From Candidatus Moraniibacteriota bacterium (GTDB taxonomy: Bacteria; Patescibacteriota; Minisyncoccia; Moranbacterales; GCA-2747515), in assembly GCA_016699795.1 (NCBI GenBank), contig CP065011.1, positions 610,474 through 674,473 on the forward strand: 64,000 nt of DNA, read 5' to 3'. Both the position numbers and the translations under genes were made by a program. A model generated the notes under the pieces. It worked only from the letters and a program-made list of their open reading frames with translations. It made no database searches and was not told where the DNA came from. Of this stretch, positions 28,911 through 38,737 are shown in pieces; position 1 is the first letter of the stretch; each line of letters starts with the position of its first letter.

Positions 28911-29146
28911 TCAAAATGGGAAATAAGAAGTTATTAAAAAACAGTATCTTATGATATTCTTGTTCTAGAGTAATCTTTTAAAAAAGCATTTTAGGAGGTG
29001 AAATGGAAGAGATGGTATTTTGAAAGAAATAGTCTTTTTATTTGTTTAATTAGGAGAGGTTAGAAATGGGGATTGGGGTTGTTGAGAGAGAAAAGGCATT
29101 CTCTAGTGGAGAATAAATAGTTTTCAAGTCTTTATTATAGAAGTTT

Positions 29147-29971
29147 ATGGTGTGGAAATATATTCTTTTTTCTTTGGGAATTGGTGTTTTGAGTATTTTT
29201 TTGTTCGAATATTTTTTTCAAAAAGATGTTGAAAAAACAACTATCGATTCTTTAGATCTTTTTTTCAAACCAAAAAATACTATTGGTCCGTATCCTTCAA
29301 AAATTATAAATCTTTCCAATTGGAAAATAACACTTCCTATCGGGACGGAAAAAAAGCCAAAATATCCTTTGGAAATTCGTCAGCCAGAACTCAATGAATA
29401 TCGATTAGATCCTTGGTTTTCTCTTACTCCTGAAAAAGACGGAGTTGTTTTCCGTGCTCCAGTAAATGCTCCAACAACAGGGAATACGAAATACGCTCGA
29501 TCTGAATTGAGAGAAATGAAAGATGGGGGAAAAAACTCTGCGAGTTGGTCTTCAACCGAAGGAAAACATACAATGATTCTTGATCAGGCTGTTACGGCTA
29601 TCCCAAAAGTTAAACAGCATGTAGTAGCAGGTCAAATCCATGACTCAGAAGATGATGTTATTGTGATTCGTTTAGAGTATCCTAATTTATATGTAAATGT
29701 TGACGGGGAGAACGAATATGTTTTAGATGCGAATTACACATTAGGAAAAAGATTTACTGTGAAGTTTGTTGCGGAGAAAGGAAAAACTTCGATTTATTAT
29801 AATAAACAAGATGATCCTGTATATGTATTAGATCTTGATTATTCCGAGGCTTATTTTAAGGCGGGTGTTTATACACAGTCAAATTGTAAAACGGAAGAAG
29901 ATAAAAAATATTGTCAGAGTGATAACTATGGCGAAGTGATTCTTTATAATGTAGAAGTTATTCATATATAG
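29147..29971 (+). CDS. Polysaccharide lyase family 7-like protein (alginate-lyase signature) with an N-terminal TM anchor
   Basis: 274 aa. N-terminal anchor MVWKYILFSLGIGVLSIFLF. All three PL7 signature blocks are present in order: YARSELREM (R-[ST]-E-L-R), AGQIHD (Q-I-H) and YFKAGVYTQ (Y-F-K-A-G-x-Y-x-Q). Confidence 0.65.
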   Translation: MVWKYILFSLGIGVLSIFLFEYFFQKDVEKTTIDSLDLFFKPKNTIGPYPSKIINLSNWKITLPIGTEKKPKYPLEIRQPELNEYRLDPWFSLTPEKDGVVFRAPVNAPTTGNTKYARSELREMKDGGKNSASWSSTEGKHTMILDQAVTAIPKVKQHVVAGQIHDSEDDVIVIRLEYPNLYVNVDGENEYVLDANYTLGKRFTVKFVAEKGKTSIYYNKQDDPVYVLDLDYSEAYFKAGVYTQSNCKTEEDKKYCQSDNYGEVILYNVEVIHI

Positions 29972-30115
29972 TTTGTACAAAAAGAAAGTCATTTCGAAAA
30001 AAAATAAAAAAGTAAGCATTCCATATAAAGGAGAAAAATTTTTAATAAAAGTGGTGTCTATAATTTTTGAGGTAACTATGTTATTATGAAAATAGCTTTT
30101 AAAAAATAAAATTAT

Positions 30116-32218
30116 TTGTGTATGGAAAAAAAAATGAAGATATTCCTTTCTTTTATGGGAGGGCTTGCTCTAGTCTCTATCTTTTTTATTCTTTTTGATA
30201 ATTTTTATGATAAGGAAAATTCAAAGGGTATAAGCATATTTGAATCTGAAAAAAAGAAAGACGAAAGTATTGCACGTAATTCTATAAAGCAGTTTTCTTC
30301 CGAAGAAGAATTTAAACAGTATCTTGAAAATGCTGAAAAATATGAAATGAGTACTCCTCGAAATTTTGGTGAATCTGTTGATAAAAATTCTTTAATGATG
30401 GGATCTCCTAATGGTAATGGAGGTGATATGCCTTTTACTTTGGAATCTAAAAAAGGAGATAGTACGAATGCCGGAAGATTTTCTCAAACAAATGTTCAGG
30501 TTGTGGGTATTGATGAGCCAGATATTGTAAAAACCGATGGAAAAGAAATATATTATTCTCGAGAGAATGAACGATATTATTTTTATGATGATGTTACCGC
30601 ATTAGAACCAAGAGGAATTTCTTTCGAAGAGAATGAAAAAAATCAAGTGCAAATAGATGCTTTACCACCATCTATTTCACCTCCTTCTTCTATTTTGCCA
30701 CCAAGAGAACCAATTGAAAATGATAGTGAGACTTCCCTTATAAAAGCCTTTCCCATTGATGAAATGGTGCAAAATGGAAAAATAAAAAAGACGGGAAAGA
30801 TGCTTCTTTTTGAAAATATGCTTGTGATATTTTCAGGAAATGATATTTTTGGATTTGATATTTCGAATGTAAAAAATCCGATTGAAAAATGGAAAATAGC
30901 TTCTGAGGAAAATACTTCTTTAGTTCAATCAAGAAAATTAGATAAAGAACTTTATGTAGTGAGTAATACCTTTATAAATAAAACACATCCTTGTCCTCTA
31001 TATCCCTTGTCTTTGGGAGTGGATAAAATAAGTATTCCTTGTAATGAGATATATTATCCTTCTTCGGGAAGAGCTTTTATAAATTCAACCTATTCTATCT
31101 CGGTAATCAATCCAAAAAATGGATCTTTAAGAAAATCAATGTCTTTTGTTGGATCTTTGGATAATTCCACTCTCTATATGAATAAAGATTTTCTGTATAT
31201 TGCTTATGGAATATACGGAGACTTTTCTAGATCTTTTTTAAATTTTATTATGGAGCAAGAGGATTTATTTTCTCCCGAAGCTTTGAAAAGAGTAGAAAAA
31301 ATAGCACAGTATGATATAAGTCAGGAATCAAAAATGCTTGAATTTGGAAAGGTTATGGAAGATGAATCTTTATTCCAAAATGAAGATGATCAATTAAAGT
31401 TTTCTAATGAGCTTGAAAATAGAATGTCTCTTTTTGGAGAAAAACACAAAAGAGAAATGTATTCAACGGAAATAGTAAAAATAGCGATAAAAAATTTAGA
31501 AATTAATTCAACAGGAATTGTTCCAGGAAGACTCCTTAATCAATTTTCTTTGGATGAATATGAAGGTACTCTTCGTGTAGCAACAACGATAGATGGTAGT
31601 TTTTTTGGAGGCTCGGAATCTTCAAATGATGTCTATATTTTAGGAAAAAATCTTGAAGAAAGGGGTTCGATAAAAGATCTTGGTTTGGGGGAACAAATAT
31701 ACTCGGCAAGGTTTTTGGGAGATATGGGGTATGTTGTAACATTTCGTCAGACGGATCCATTTTACGTACTTGATCTTTCTAATCCTGATAAACCAAGAAA
31801 GGCGGGAGAATTGAAAATTCCTGGATATTCTTCATACTTACACCCCTTGGAGAAAAATCTTATTTTGGGAATTGGTATGGAGGAAGGGAAAGTAAAATTG
31901 TCATTATTTGATGTGAGCTCTCCGGATAATCCTCGAGAGGTAAGTAAATATCTTCTCAAAGAATATTTTTCTGAGGCGACGAATAATCATAATGCTTTTT
32001 TGGCAGACCCCAAGAATAAAATATTTTTCCTTCCTGGATCTGAAGGTGGATACGTATTCTCGTACAATGATGGGGAACTTAAAATGAAACTTGCAAGTGG
32101 TGATAAAGAAATTCAAAGAGCGGTTTATATTGATAAGTATCTCTATGTTATTGGGAAAAAATCAATATCCGTTTATGATCAAAAAAATTGGACCAAAGCA
32201 AAAGAATTTACTTTTTAG
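30116..32218 (+). CDS. Secreted protein with a C-terminal beta-propeller domain (COG4880/PF09826-like)
   Basis: 700 aa. N-terminal anchor/signal (MKIFLSFMGGLALVSIFFILF from the second Met at 30128). The C-terminal region (DVYILGKNLEERGSIKDLGLGEQIYSARFLGDMGYVVTFRQTDPFYVLDLSNPDKPRKAGELKIPGYSSYLHPL...GIGMEEG...KLSLFDVSSPDNP) resembles the archaeal/Firmicute secreted beta-propeller family. Confidence 0.5.
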   Translation: MCMEKKMKIFLSFMGGLALVSIFFILFDNFYDKENSKGISIFESEKKKDESIARNSIKQFSSEEEFKQYLENAEKYEMSTPRNFGESVDKNSLMMGSPNGNGGDMPFTLESKKGDSTNAGRFSQTNVQVVGIDEPDIVKTDGKEIYYSRENERYYFYDDVTALEPRGISFEENEKNQVQIDALPPSISPPSSILPPREPIENDSETSLIKAFPIDEMVQNGKIKKTGKMLLFENMLVIFSGNDIFGFDISNVKNPIEKWKIASEENTSLVQSRKLDKELYVVSNTFINKTHPCPLYPLSLGVDKISIPCNEIYYPSSGRAFINSTYSISVINPKNGSLRKSMSFVGSLDNSTLYMNKDFLYIAYGIYGDFSRSFLNFIMEQEDLFSPEALKRVEKIAQYDISQESKMLEFGKVMEDESLFQNEDDQLKFSNELENRMSLFGEKHKREMYSTEIVKIAIKNLEINSTGIVPGRLLNQFSLDEYEGTLRVATTIDGSFFGGSESSNDVYILGKNLEERGSIKDLGLGEQIYSARFLGDMGYVVTFRQTDPFYVLDLSNPDKPRKAGELKIPGYSSYLHPLEKNLILGIGMEEGKVKLSLFDVSSPDNPREVSKYLLKEYFSEATNNHNAFLADPKNKIFFLPGSEGGYVFSYNDGELKMKLASGDKEIQRAVYIDKYLYVIGKKSISVYDQKNWTKAKEFTF

Positions 32219-32342
32219 TAGGATAACAATGAGTCATTGTTATTTTCTACTGTAACTCTTACGTTTCTAGTTTAAGCCTGTGAAAATTTCGTGACAAAAG
32301 AAAATAATAATTTCATAAAATTTTTAGAGAAAAGACGTTTTT

Positions 32343-32390
32343 AAAAACCCCTATTTCAACCTAAAGAAGAGGGGTTTTTATTTTTTATTG
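32343..32390. terminator. Bidirectional rho-independent terminator between convergent genes
   Basis: ttAAAAACCCCT-(17-nt loop)-AGGGGTTTTTatttttt. A 10-bp perfect stem flanked by an A-run upstream and a T-run downstream. Lies between the stop of 30116-32218 (+) and the stop of 32416-32835 (-). Confidence 0.6.
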
Positions 32391-32415
32391 AGTGATAAAT
32401 AGGGAAGATTAAATT

Positions 32416-32835
32416 TTAAGAAGCAGATGATTTTTTACTGGAAGTACTTTTTTCTTTTGCAGCTTTTTCAGCAGCAAGACGAGCACTTTCAGCAGCCTTT
32501 TTTTGAGTAGCTAATTTTTGAGCAGCAGCTTTTTTCTCAGCAGCGATACGAGCATTTTGTTCTTCCTGATTTTTTTCAAGAACACGACGCTCTTCGTTGG
32601 CGAGTTTTTCTCTGAGTTTATTTTCCATTTCAAGTTGTTTCTCTTTAGCAAGAGCGAGTTCTTCTTCTAATTGCGTAACATAAGCAGAAATGGTATCTTT
32701 TTCTCGAATAGCTTTTTGAAACTTATCTTCCACGTCTGGGATGATATTCGTTTGATACGCCATAATAGTTCCTGAGAGAACTACAAAAAGAACGGAAGAA
32801 AAACTAAGAAGAATGGTGATGATATGTTTTTGCAT
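32416..32835 (-). CDS. Membrane-anchored coiled-coil protein (hypothetical)
   Basis: 139 aa. N-terminal TM HIITILLSFSSVLFVVLSGTIMA, then a Lys/Glu/Ala-rich heptad-like region (LEEELALAKEKQLEMENKLREKLANEERRVLEKNQEEQNARIAAEKKAAAQKLA). Confidence 0.5.
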   Translation of the reverse strand: MQKHIITILLSFSSVLFVVLSGTIMAYQTNIIPDVEDKFQKAIREKDTISAYVTQLEEELALAKEKQLEMENKLREKLANEERRVLEKNQEEQNARIAAEKKAAAQKLATQKKAAESARLAAEKAAKEKSTSSKKSSAS

Positions 32836-32880
32836 ACGTATCCTTTAGATATAAAAAGAAGTTTTAATAGTATAATACAT

Positions 32881-33762
32881 ATGCTTTCTGAATACAATTA
32901 TCATACGAGAATAATGGGTTGTGATTTTGATTTAACCTTTCTTGCTGAGAGTGAGGAAGAAGGGGATTATTATTTTATACAAGCATTAGAAATAGCTCAA
33001 AACTATGAAGAAAAATTTTCTCGTTTTCGTAATGAGAGTGAGTTAATGCAACTCAATACAAAAAAATCAATGAAAATGACTGATGATTTTTTGGAAGTGT
33101 ACGAAAAAGCTCAAATAGTATATGAAGATACGGAGGGAGGATTTAATTCTCTTATTCAAGTGGGTCGTATTGGATATGATCGTTCTTTCGAAAAAATGAA
33201 AGCAGGAGATAATATTTCTTTTGGCGATTTGAAATACAATACTTGTATGGAGGATATCCGAAGAGATAATTGTGAACTTTCTTTAAAAAAAGATCAGCGC
33301 TTAGATTTCGGGGGTTTTCTTAAGGGTTTTGTGACTCAAAAAATTGCACAAGAGAATAAATCAAAAGGATTGATAATTAATATTGGTGGGGATATTTATA
33401 CAAAAGGATTGAACGCTAAAAATAAAAAATTTATTTTTACTATACTGCACCCTCAAGACGAAAAGAAAAATATTCAAGTTGTTCTTAAAGATAAAGCGCT
33501 TTGCACAAGCGGAACCTATAAAAGAAAATGGAAGTATGAAAAAAAGAATTTACATCACATTGTAAATCCTTATTCAAAAATAAGTTCAGAAAGTGATCTT
33601 ATTTCGGCAAGTGTTATATGCAAGGATGGTTATATCGCAGATGCCTATGCGACATATGCAATAATTCTGGGAATAAATAAGGCTGAAAAATTTCTAGTTT
33701 CTCGAGGCGTTAATTTTGTACTTATAGATGTACATGGTAAAGTAAGAACACTGATTAATTAA
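32881..33762 (+). CDS. apbE: FAD:protein FMN transferase (ApbE/Ftp family)
   Basis: Conserved ApbE blocks: IMGCDFDLTF (IMGT-like), LDFGGFLKGFVTQKIAQ, LIINIGGDIYTKG, CTSGTYKRKW, HHIVNPYS, ADAYATYAIILG. Start set at the internal Met at 32881 (MLSEYNYHTRIMG), preceded by a tataat; ORF 32824 would overlap the convergent gene. Confidence 0.8.
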   Translation: MLSEYNYHTRIMGCDFDLTFLAESEEEGDYYFIQALEIAQNYEEKFSRFRNESELMQLNTKKSMKMTDDFLEVYEKAQIVYEDTEGGFNSLIQVGRIGYDRSFEKMKAGDNISFGDLKYNTCMEDIRRDNCELSLKKDQRLDFGGFLKGFVTQKIAQENKSKGLIINIGGDIYTKGLNAKNKKFIFTILHPQDEKKNIQVVLKDKALCTSGTYKRKWKYEKKNLHHIVNPYSKISSESDLISASVICKDGYIADAYATYAIILGINKAEKFLVSRGVNFVLIDVHGKVRTLIN

Positions 33763-33779
33763 TAGATAATAAAAAAAAT

Positions 33780-34373
33780 ATGAAAGCATTACGAAGAATA
33801 CAGAATATTCTTTTGGCGATATCACTTTTTATTCTTATGTATCTCCCTCTTTATTCTGCTTTTGGAGATGATAACTTTGTGGTGAAAGGAAATCTTTTTA
33901 TGATATCCTTTTTTTCTGTATTTCTTGTTATGCTTATTCGACCTTTAGCAGATATTTTTTCTAGTCAAAAATGGCTTCGCAATTTAGTTTTGTTAAGGAA
34001 AGGATTTGGTGTTCTCTCAGCTTCGATTGTTGTGGGGTTTATGTTGGGAAATATTATTGATCCTTCTTCAAATTATTTGGCAAAAATATTTAGTGCTTCT
34101 TATTGGTCTTTAGAAAATTATGCATTCTTTGCTCACATTGGTGATATTACTGGTCTCATACTTCTTCTTACATCAAATAATCTTTCCATTATCTTTTTGA
34201 AAGGTAATTGGAAACGTATTCAGAGACTATCCTATGTTTATTTCTATGCGGGAGGAATTTATGAAGCATTTGCATTTGAGAGTGCTTTTGCTGGATATGC
34301 TATGGTAGTGGTAACAAGTGTTACTCTACTCGCTTTTTTTATAAAATTGTTAAGAAAGAGATTTGGTTGGTAG
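33780..34373 (+). CDS. Hypothetical small polytopic membrane protein (about 6 TM) adjacent to apbE
   Basis: 197 aa, strongly hydrophobic helices. No family assignable from sequence alone. Confidence 0.4.
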   Translation: MKALRRIQNILLAISLFILMYLPLYSAFGDDNFVVKGNLFMISFFSVFLVMLIRPLADIFSSQKWLRNLVLLRKGFGVLSASIVVGFMLGNIIDPSSNYLAKIFSASYWSLENYAFFAHIGDITGLILLLTSNNLSIIFLKGNWKRIQRLSYVYFYAGGIYEAFAFESAFAGYAMVVVTSVTLLAFFIKLLRKRFGW

Positions 34374-34388
34374 TGTAATAAAAAAGGT

Positions 34389-35045
34389 ATGTATTTTTCT
34401 TGGAAATTTTTGCGAAAAACATATATATTTGGTTTTATTTTTGTTATATTTTTGGTTTTTATTGATTTGTTTGTTTTCTTTTTTCTTCCAAATTTTCCTT
34501 TGAGGGATGTTTTTTTAGCTACAAGAGAGCAAAATCCACTTACTTGGATAAGTAGTGTAGCTCTTTTTCTTATTGCACTTTTCTCTTTCCATACGTATTG
34601 GGAAAGTAGAGAAAAAATATGGTGGGCAGTAGCGTTTCTTTTCACATTTTTTAGTATAGATGACGCTATTTATTTTCATGAGAGATTGAGTGGTATCGTA
34701 GTTTCTAAAAATGAATGGCTTAGTTTTTTTCCTACTTACATATGGATTCTTTTTTATTTACCAGCACTTTCTTTGGCGTTTGGTTTTCTTGGTTTTCAAT
34801 TGTGGAATAGTCATATAAAAAAAATAAGAAAGTATACACTCATAGCCTTTTTTTTATTGGGGATAGCGTTAATATTAGATATTCTGGATGGAATTGTATT
34901 AAAGGATGAAACATTAGTGTTTTGTCTGAACGCTTTCTGTGAAGAAACTATTGTGCATAGCATAAGGCTATGCGAAGAAATTTTTGAGGCTATTAGTTTG
35001 GGGATTTTTGGAATTTGTCTCATTTCAAAAAATATGAGAAAATAG
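34389..35045 (+). CDS. Hypothetical polytopic membrane protein
   Basis: 218 aa with multiple TM helices and a Cys-rich C-terminal stretch (VFCLNAFCEETIVHSIRLCEE). Confidence 0.4.
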   Translation: MYFSWKFLRKTYIFGFIFVIFLVFIDLFVFFFLPNFPLRDVFLATREQNPLTWISSVALFLIALFSFHTYWESREKIWWAVAFLFTFFSIDDAIYFHERLSGIVVSKNEWLSFFPTYIWILFYLPALSLAFGFLGFQLWNSHIKKIRKYTLIAFFLLGIALILDILDGIVLKDETLVFCLNAFCEETIVHSIRLCEEIFEAISLGIFGICLISKNMRK

Positions 35046-35077
35046 AGTGCACTTTATTTTTTAAATATATAGTATTT

Positions 35078-35362
35078 ATGAATTCTTTAAGAATCGAAAC
35101 AAGAGCTCTTCCCTTTTTTGTTTTTGCAATCATTATGTTTTTTGGATTTTATTCAAAGCCGATGTATGCAGCAATGGTTTTGGGTGAAGAAAGTCAGAAA
35201 GAAGAATCGGAAGAAAGAAAAGATGAAACTTCGGAGTCATCAGAAAAACGAGAGGATGAGAAAAGTGAAAGAGAACCTATACAGGAAAAAGTTGTTCCTG
35301 TAACAGAAGAAGTAATTATTCCTTCAGAAGAAAAATTCAAGCAATACCTTATGGAATTTTAA
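35078..35362 (+). CDS. Hypothetical small secreted acidic protein (start at the internal Met)
   Basis: MNSLRIETRALPFFVFAIIMFFGFYSKPMYA signal-like N-terminus, then a Glu/Ser/Lys-rich low-complexity tail. May be frameshift-linked to the next small ORF. Confidence 0.3.
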   Translation: MNSLRIETRALPFFVFAIIMFFGFYSKPMYAAMVLGEESQKEESEERKDETSESSEKREDEKSEREPIQEKVVPVTEEVIIPSEEKFKQYLMEF

Positions 35363-35415
35363 ACGAAGAAACTTCTTCCGAAGCGGGATTAACTGAAAAT
35401 AACGAAGCTCCATTA

Positions 35416-35640
35416 ATGGAAGAGCAAGAGATGAAAGAAGATGTATTAAAAATAATGGGCTATGAAGAAGAAAATATTCTCAATAGAGATGGAAATAAAG
35501 CAACTGTTTTAGATAGAGAAAAACTTTTTGGTATATTTCAGATAAAAATTACATCCGAAATAGAATTTGATGATAAGGGGAATGTGCTGAATAAAAAACA
35601 ATCCCTTTGGAATCGAATACTTTCATTTTTGAGCTTTTAG
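35416..35640 (+). CDS. Hypothetical small acidic protein; may be the 3' portion of a frameshifted gene together with 35078-35362
   Basis: The frame-1 reading frame is open well upstream of the ATG (…AIPYGILNEETSSEAGLTENNEAPLMEEQEM…), continuous in composition with the preceding acidic ORF. Confidence 0.25.
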   Translation: MEEQEMKEDVLKIMGYEEENILNRDGNKATVLDREKLFGIFQIKITSEIEFDDKGNVLNKKQSLWNRILSFLSF

Positions 35641-35732
35641 TTATTCCTTTCTAAACTTCTTTCTAAAAAATTTAGAAAGAAAGACATTTTTCACTTTAAA
35701 CAGTTGAATTTTTATTTTGTTTTGCTTTGGAT

Positions 35733-36764
35733 TTATTTTTTGGATTGTACGGAAGAAAATTTCTTTTTTTCTTGTAAGGAATGAAAAAAGGATGCTCCGA
35801 TAAGAATAGCCCCAATGAGACCAGTAACAGCTTCTGGAATTTCTTGTACAACACCAAGAAGCATTAATATTGCTAAAGCGCCAATGGCCCAAAAAGCACC
35901 ATGCTCTAAATAACGATAGGTGGTGAGAGTTTTCTTTTCAACAAGCGTAATGGTAAGTGATCGAACAAAAATCGCACCTACCCCCAATCCTATGGCAATA
36001 ATAAAGAGATTATTAGAAAGGGCAAAGGCACCAAGCACACCATCAAAAGAAAAAGAAGCATCAAGAATTTCAAGGTAGAGAAATCCAGCAATACCTTGGC
36101 GTATAATGGGTGAGGTATTCTCACCTTTAGATCCTCCAAGAATAGAACCAATACCTTTAGAGAAAATATAAGTAATGAGTCCCCAGAGTCCCGCAGTAAG
36201 ACATTCTATACTTTCTTTTGTATCAAGCATTCCTGATACGGTAATGAGAATAAGAAGGGCGAGAGCAGCTTCAACAGCTTGAATTTGTCCAAGTTTGGTG
36301 AGGGGCTTTTCTAATTTTTCAATCCAATGATTATTTTTTCTTGTGTCAATAAAAAAGTGAAAAAATACCATAAGAAGAAACATCCCGCCAAAAGCTGCTA
36401 CTTGATGATGAACACCTTCAAGAAGGTGAGCGTACCCTTCGGGATTTTCTAAAGCAAGATCAAGAACGGCAAAAGATCCCATTCCTGTTGCTAGTGCAAC
36501 TATGAGTATGGGAAATAAGAGTCTCATACCAAAAACAGCAATAGGGAGTCCAAAAATAAGAAATATTCTTTGCCATTTCTGATTCCAATTTTCAAGAATT
36601 TTTGCATTAACGACAGCATTGTCTATGGAAAGAGAAATTTCTAAAACAGAAAGAAGTGCTACGATCCAGACACCTCGAAATCCATCAATAAAATATCCAG
36701 CGATAAGACCAAAAAAAAGAAAAAGAAATGATCCAAAAAAAGGAATTTCTGTAATTTTTTTCAT
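35733..36764 (-). CDS. DUF475 (TerC-related) integral membrane protein
   Basis: 343 aa. The family's LSxDNAxV motif is present as LEISLSIDNAVVNAKIL. About 8 TM helices. Confidence 0.65.
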   Translation of the reverse strand: MKKITEIPFFGSFLFLFFGLIAGYFIDGFRGVWIVALLSVLEISLSIDNAVVNAKILENWNQKWQRIFLIFGLPIAVFGMRLLFPILIVALATGMGSFAVLDLALENPEGYAHLLEGVHHQVAAFGGMFLLMVFFHFFIDTRKNNHWIEKLEKPLTKLGQIQAVEAALALLILITVSGMLDTKESIECLTAGLWGLITYIFSKGIGSILGGSKGENTSPIIRQGIAGFLYLEILDASFSFDGVLGAFALSNNLFIIAIGLGVGAIFVRSLTITLVEKKTLTTYRYLEHGAFWAIGALAILMLLGVVQEIPEAVTGLIGAILIGASFFHSLQEKKKFSSVQSKK

Positions 36765-36850
36765 AATAATGAGAGAGAAATAATCTATTTTTAATACTTT
36801 CTATGCTATAGTATAAAAGTTGTTATAAAAAGTAAACTTCCCCGCTGCGT

Positions 36851-37639
36851 ATGATACGAGAAAAAATACTGTTTTCTATAAAAAAATGGAGTTTGTCTAT
36901 AAGAATTATTCCTATTGTTTTGGGCGTAGTTATATTAAAAATGATATTTCATGTATTGGGTTTCGAATATATTTCTTTGAGTGCTCTTTTTACAAGCCTT
37001 ATTGCTGCGACCACATTTCTTCTTGGGTTTTTAATTTCTGGAGTTATTTCTGATTATAAAGAAAGTGAAAAAATTCCTGGAGAGATGTCTTCAAGTTTAG
37101 AAGCTTTATATGATGAAATGTATATTCTTGATAAAAATAAAGGAAATAAAAGAACGAAAGAATTTCTTTTGGAATATCGAAAATTTCTTATTGATATACG
37201 AAACTGGTTTCATAAAAAAGAACGAACAAAAAGCCTTCTTTTAAAACTGCACAGTATGAATGATTATTTTGCTGATTTTGAAGGAATAATGCAACCAAAT
37301 TTTTTGACGCGAATGAAAAATGAGCAAAATGCTATTCGAAAAATGATCATTCGAATTAATAATATTAGAGATGTTTCTTTTATTGCATCTGCTTATGCTA
37401 TCGTTGAATTTTTAGCATTTTTTGTTATATTCGGACTTCTTATTTTAAAAGTAGAGCCATTTTACGAGGCTTTATTTTTTTCAGCTCTGGTTTCATTTTT
37501 GATGATATATATGATATTTCTTATTAAAGATTTAGATGATCCTTTTGATTATTCTAAGGGTAAAAATAATGGAACGGAAGTTTCTATAAAGCCTATTTAT
37601 GATCTTATAGAACGGATGAAAATAAAAGAGAATAAATAA
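36851..37639 (+). CDS. Bestrophin-like (UPF0187/YneE family) putative anion channel
   Basis: 262 aa. 2 TM, a cytoplasmic segment, 2 TM, then LIKDLDDPFDYSKG, matching the family topology and the I-E-D-P-F-G-x-D motif position. Confidence 0.5.
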   Translation: MIREKILFSIKKWSLSIRIIPIVLGVVILKMIFHVLGFEYISLSALFTSLIAATTFLLGFLISGVISDYKESEKIPGEMSSSLEALYDEMYILDKNKGNKRTKEFLLEYRKFLIDIRNWFHKKERTKSLLLKLHSMNDYFADFEGIMQPNFLTRMKNEQNAIRKMIIRINNIRDVSFIASAYAIVEFLAFFVIFGLLILKVEPFYEALFFSALVSFLMIYMIFLIKDLDDPFDYSKGKNNGTEVSIKPIYDLIERMKIKENK

Positions 37640-37801
37640 TAGTTTTTCAGAGTCTATTCAAATTCTTTCAGAAACGAAAAAAGATTCCTTTAAATAATTC
37701 ATTTTAGAAAAGTATTTTTTTTGAAGCTATTCTTTACAGTAAAGTAAATAATGGTGAGATCTTTATATATACTAAAAATTACCTAAATAAAAGGATGTTA
37801 T

Positions 37802-38737
37802 TTAAAAATTTTTATTTTTTAAAGATTGAAGATATTTTTTAATAAGCTCTTTTTTCTTTTTTTGGGAGACATAATTTTTTCTGGAAAAAACATCATAATT
37901 ATTTTCTCGACAAGCATCGATAATAGCTTTGTAAAGTATAATAGAAAAAGCAATAGGAGCTTGAGATTGTTTTGGAAAAAGATGAATATGGGAAAGTGAG
38001 TCGTTATAATATTTTTCAGCTACTTGAGCGATTTCCTCAAATATTTTTTTGAAACGAGAATCATTTTTGGCAGAGACGAAGTCTTGATGTGAAAAATTAT
38101 GTTTTTTGAGAATGTCTTGTGGTATATAGATACGATCATTTTTATAATCTTCACCGACATCGCGAAGAATATTGGTGAGTTGCATGGCATGCCCAAGGCA
38201 AATAGCAAAATTTCTTAATTTTTCTTCTTTTTTGGGTGCGAGAATGGGAAGAAGCATAAGGCCCACGGTTCCAGCGACGAGATAACAGTAATCTAAGAGT
38301 TCAGAAAGAGTTTTGTAATCTTTGTGATAAAGATCTCTTTTTTGACCCTCAATCATTTCAAAAAACGGTTTGTAATCGAAGTCTTTGTAATAAAAACGAG
38401 TTGCCTTTCGAAGGGCTCTCCAGCGAAAGTGGGGTATTGTTTTTCCTTCTACAAACATTTTCAATTCAGATTCAAGTTTTAAAAGCTCTTTTTCATTTTT
38501 TTTATCATCAACAATATCATCGGCGTAACGACAGAAAGCATAAACAGCATAAATAGCATTTTTTTTTCTTTTGTTGGGAATCTTAGAAAAAGCTTTATAA
38601 AAAGTAAGTGAATTTTTTTGAATAATTTTTTTACACTTTTTAATATCAAGATATTCTTGAATATATCTATAAAAGAAGATTATCAAAAAAAATAAAAGTG
38701 CGACAATGATTGTGTAGGTAAAAAAAACATCAATCAT
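37802..38737 (-). CDS. Phytoene/squalene synthase family enzyme (CrtB/CrtM-like) with an extra N-terminal TM helix
   Basis: Asp-rich motif 1 YAFCRYADDIVDD and motif 2 NILRDVGEDYKNDRIYIP. Unusual N-terminal hydrophobic extension MIDVFFTYTIIVALLFFLIIFFYRYI. ATGA-coupled to the upstream desaturase. Confidence 0.8.
   Translation of the reverse strand: MIDVFFTYTIIVALLFFLIIFFYRYIQEYLDIKKCKKIIQKNSLTFYKAFSKIPNKRKKNAIYAVYAFCRYADDIVDDKKNEKELLKLESELKMFVEGKTIPHFRWRALRKATRFYYKDFDYKPFFEMIEGQKRDLYHKDYKTLSELLDYCYLVAGTVGLMLLPILAPKKEEKLRNFAICLGHAMQLTNILRDVGEDYKNDRIYIPQDILKKHNFSHQDFVSAKNDSRFKKIFEEIAQVAEKYYNDSLSHIHLFPKQSQAPIAFSIILYKAIIDACRENNYDVFSRKNYVSQKKKKELIKKYLQSLKNKNF

Noticed and set aside
35641-35892. 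83-aa minus-strand ORF overlapping the 5' end of the DUF475 gene
   Set aside because: It is in a different frame of the same strand, overlapping a well-supported membrane protein start. Lys/Phe-rich low complexity. Likely spurious.
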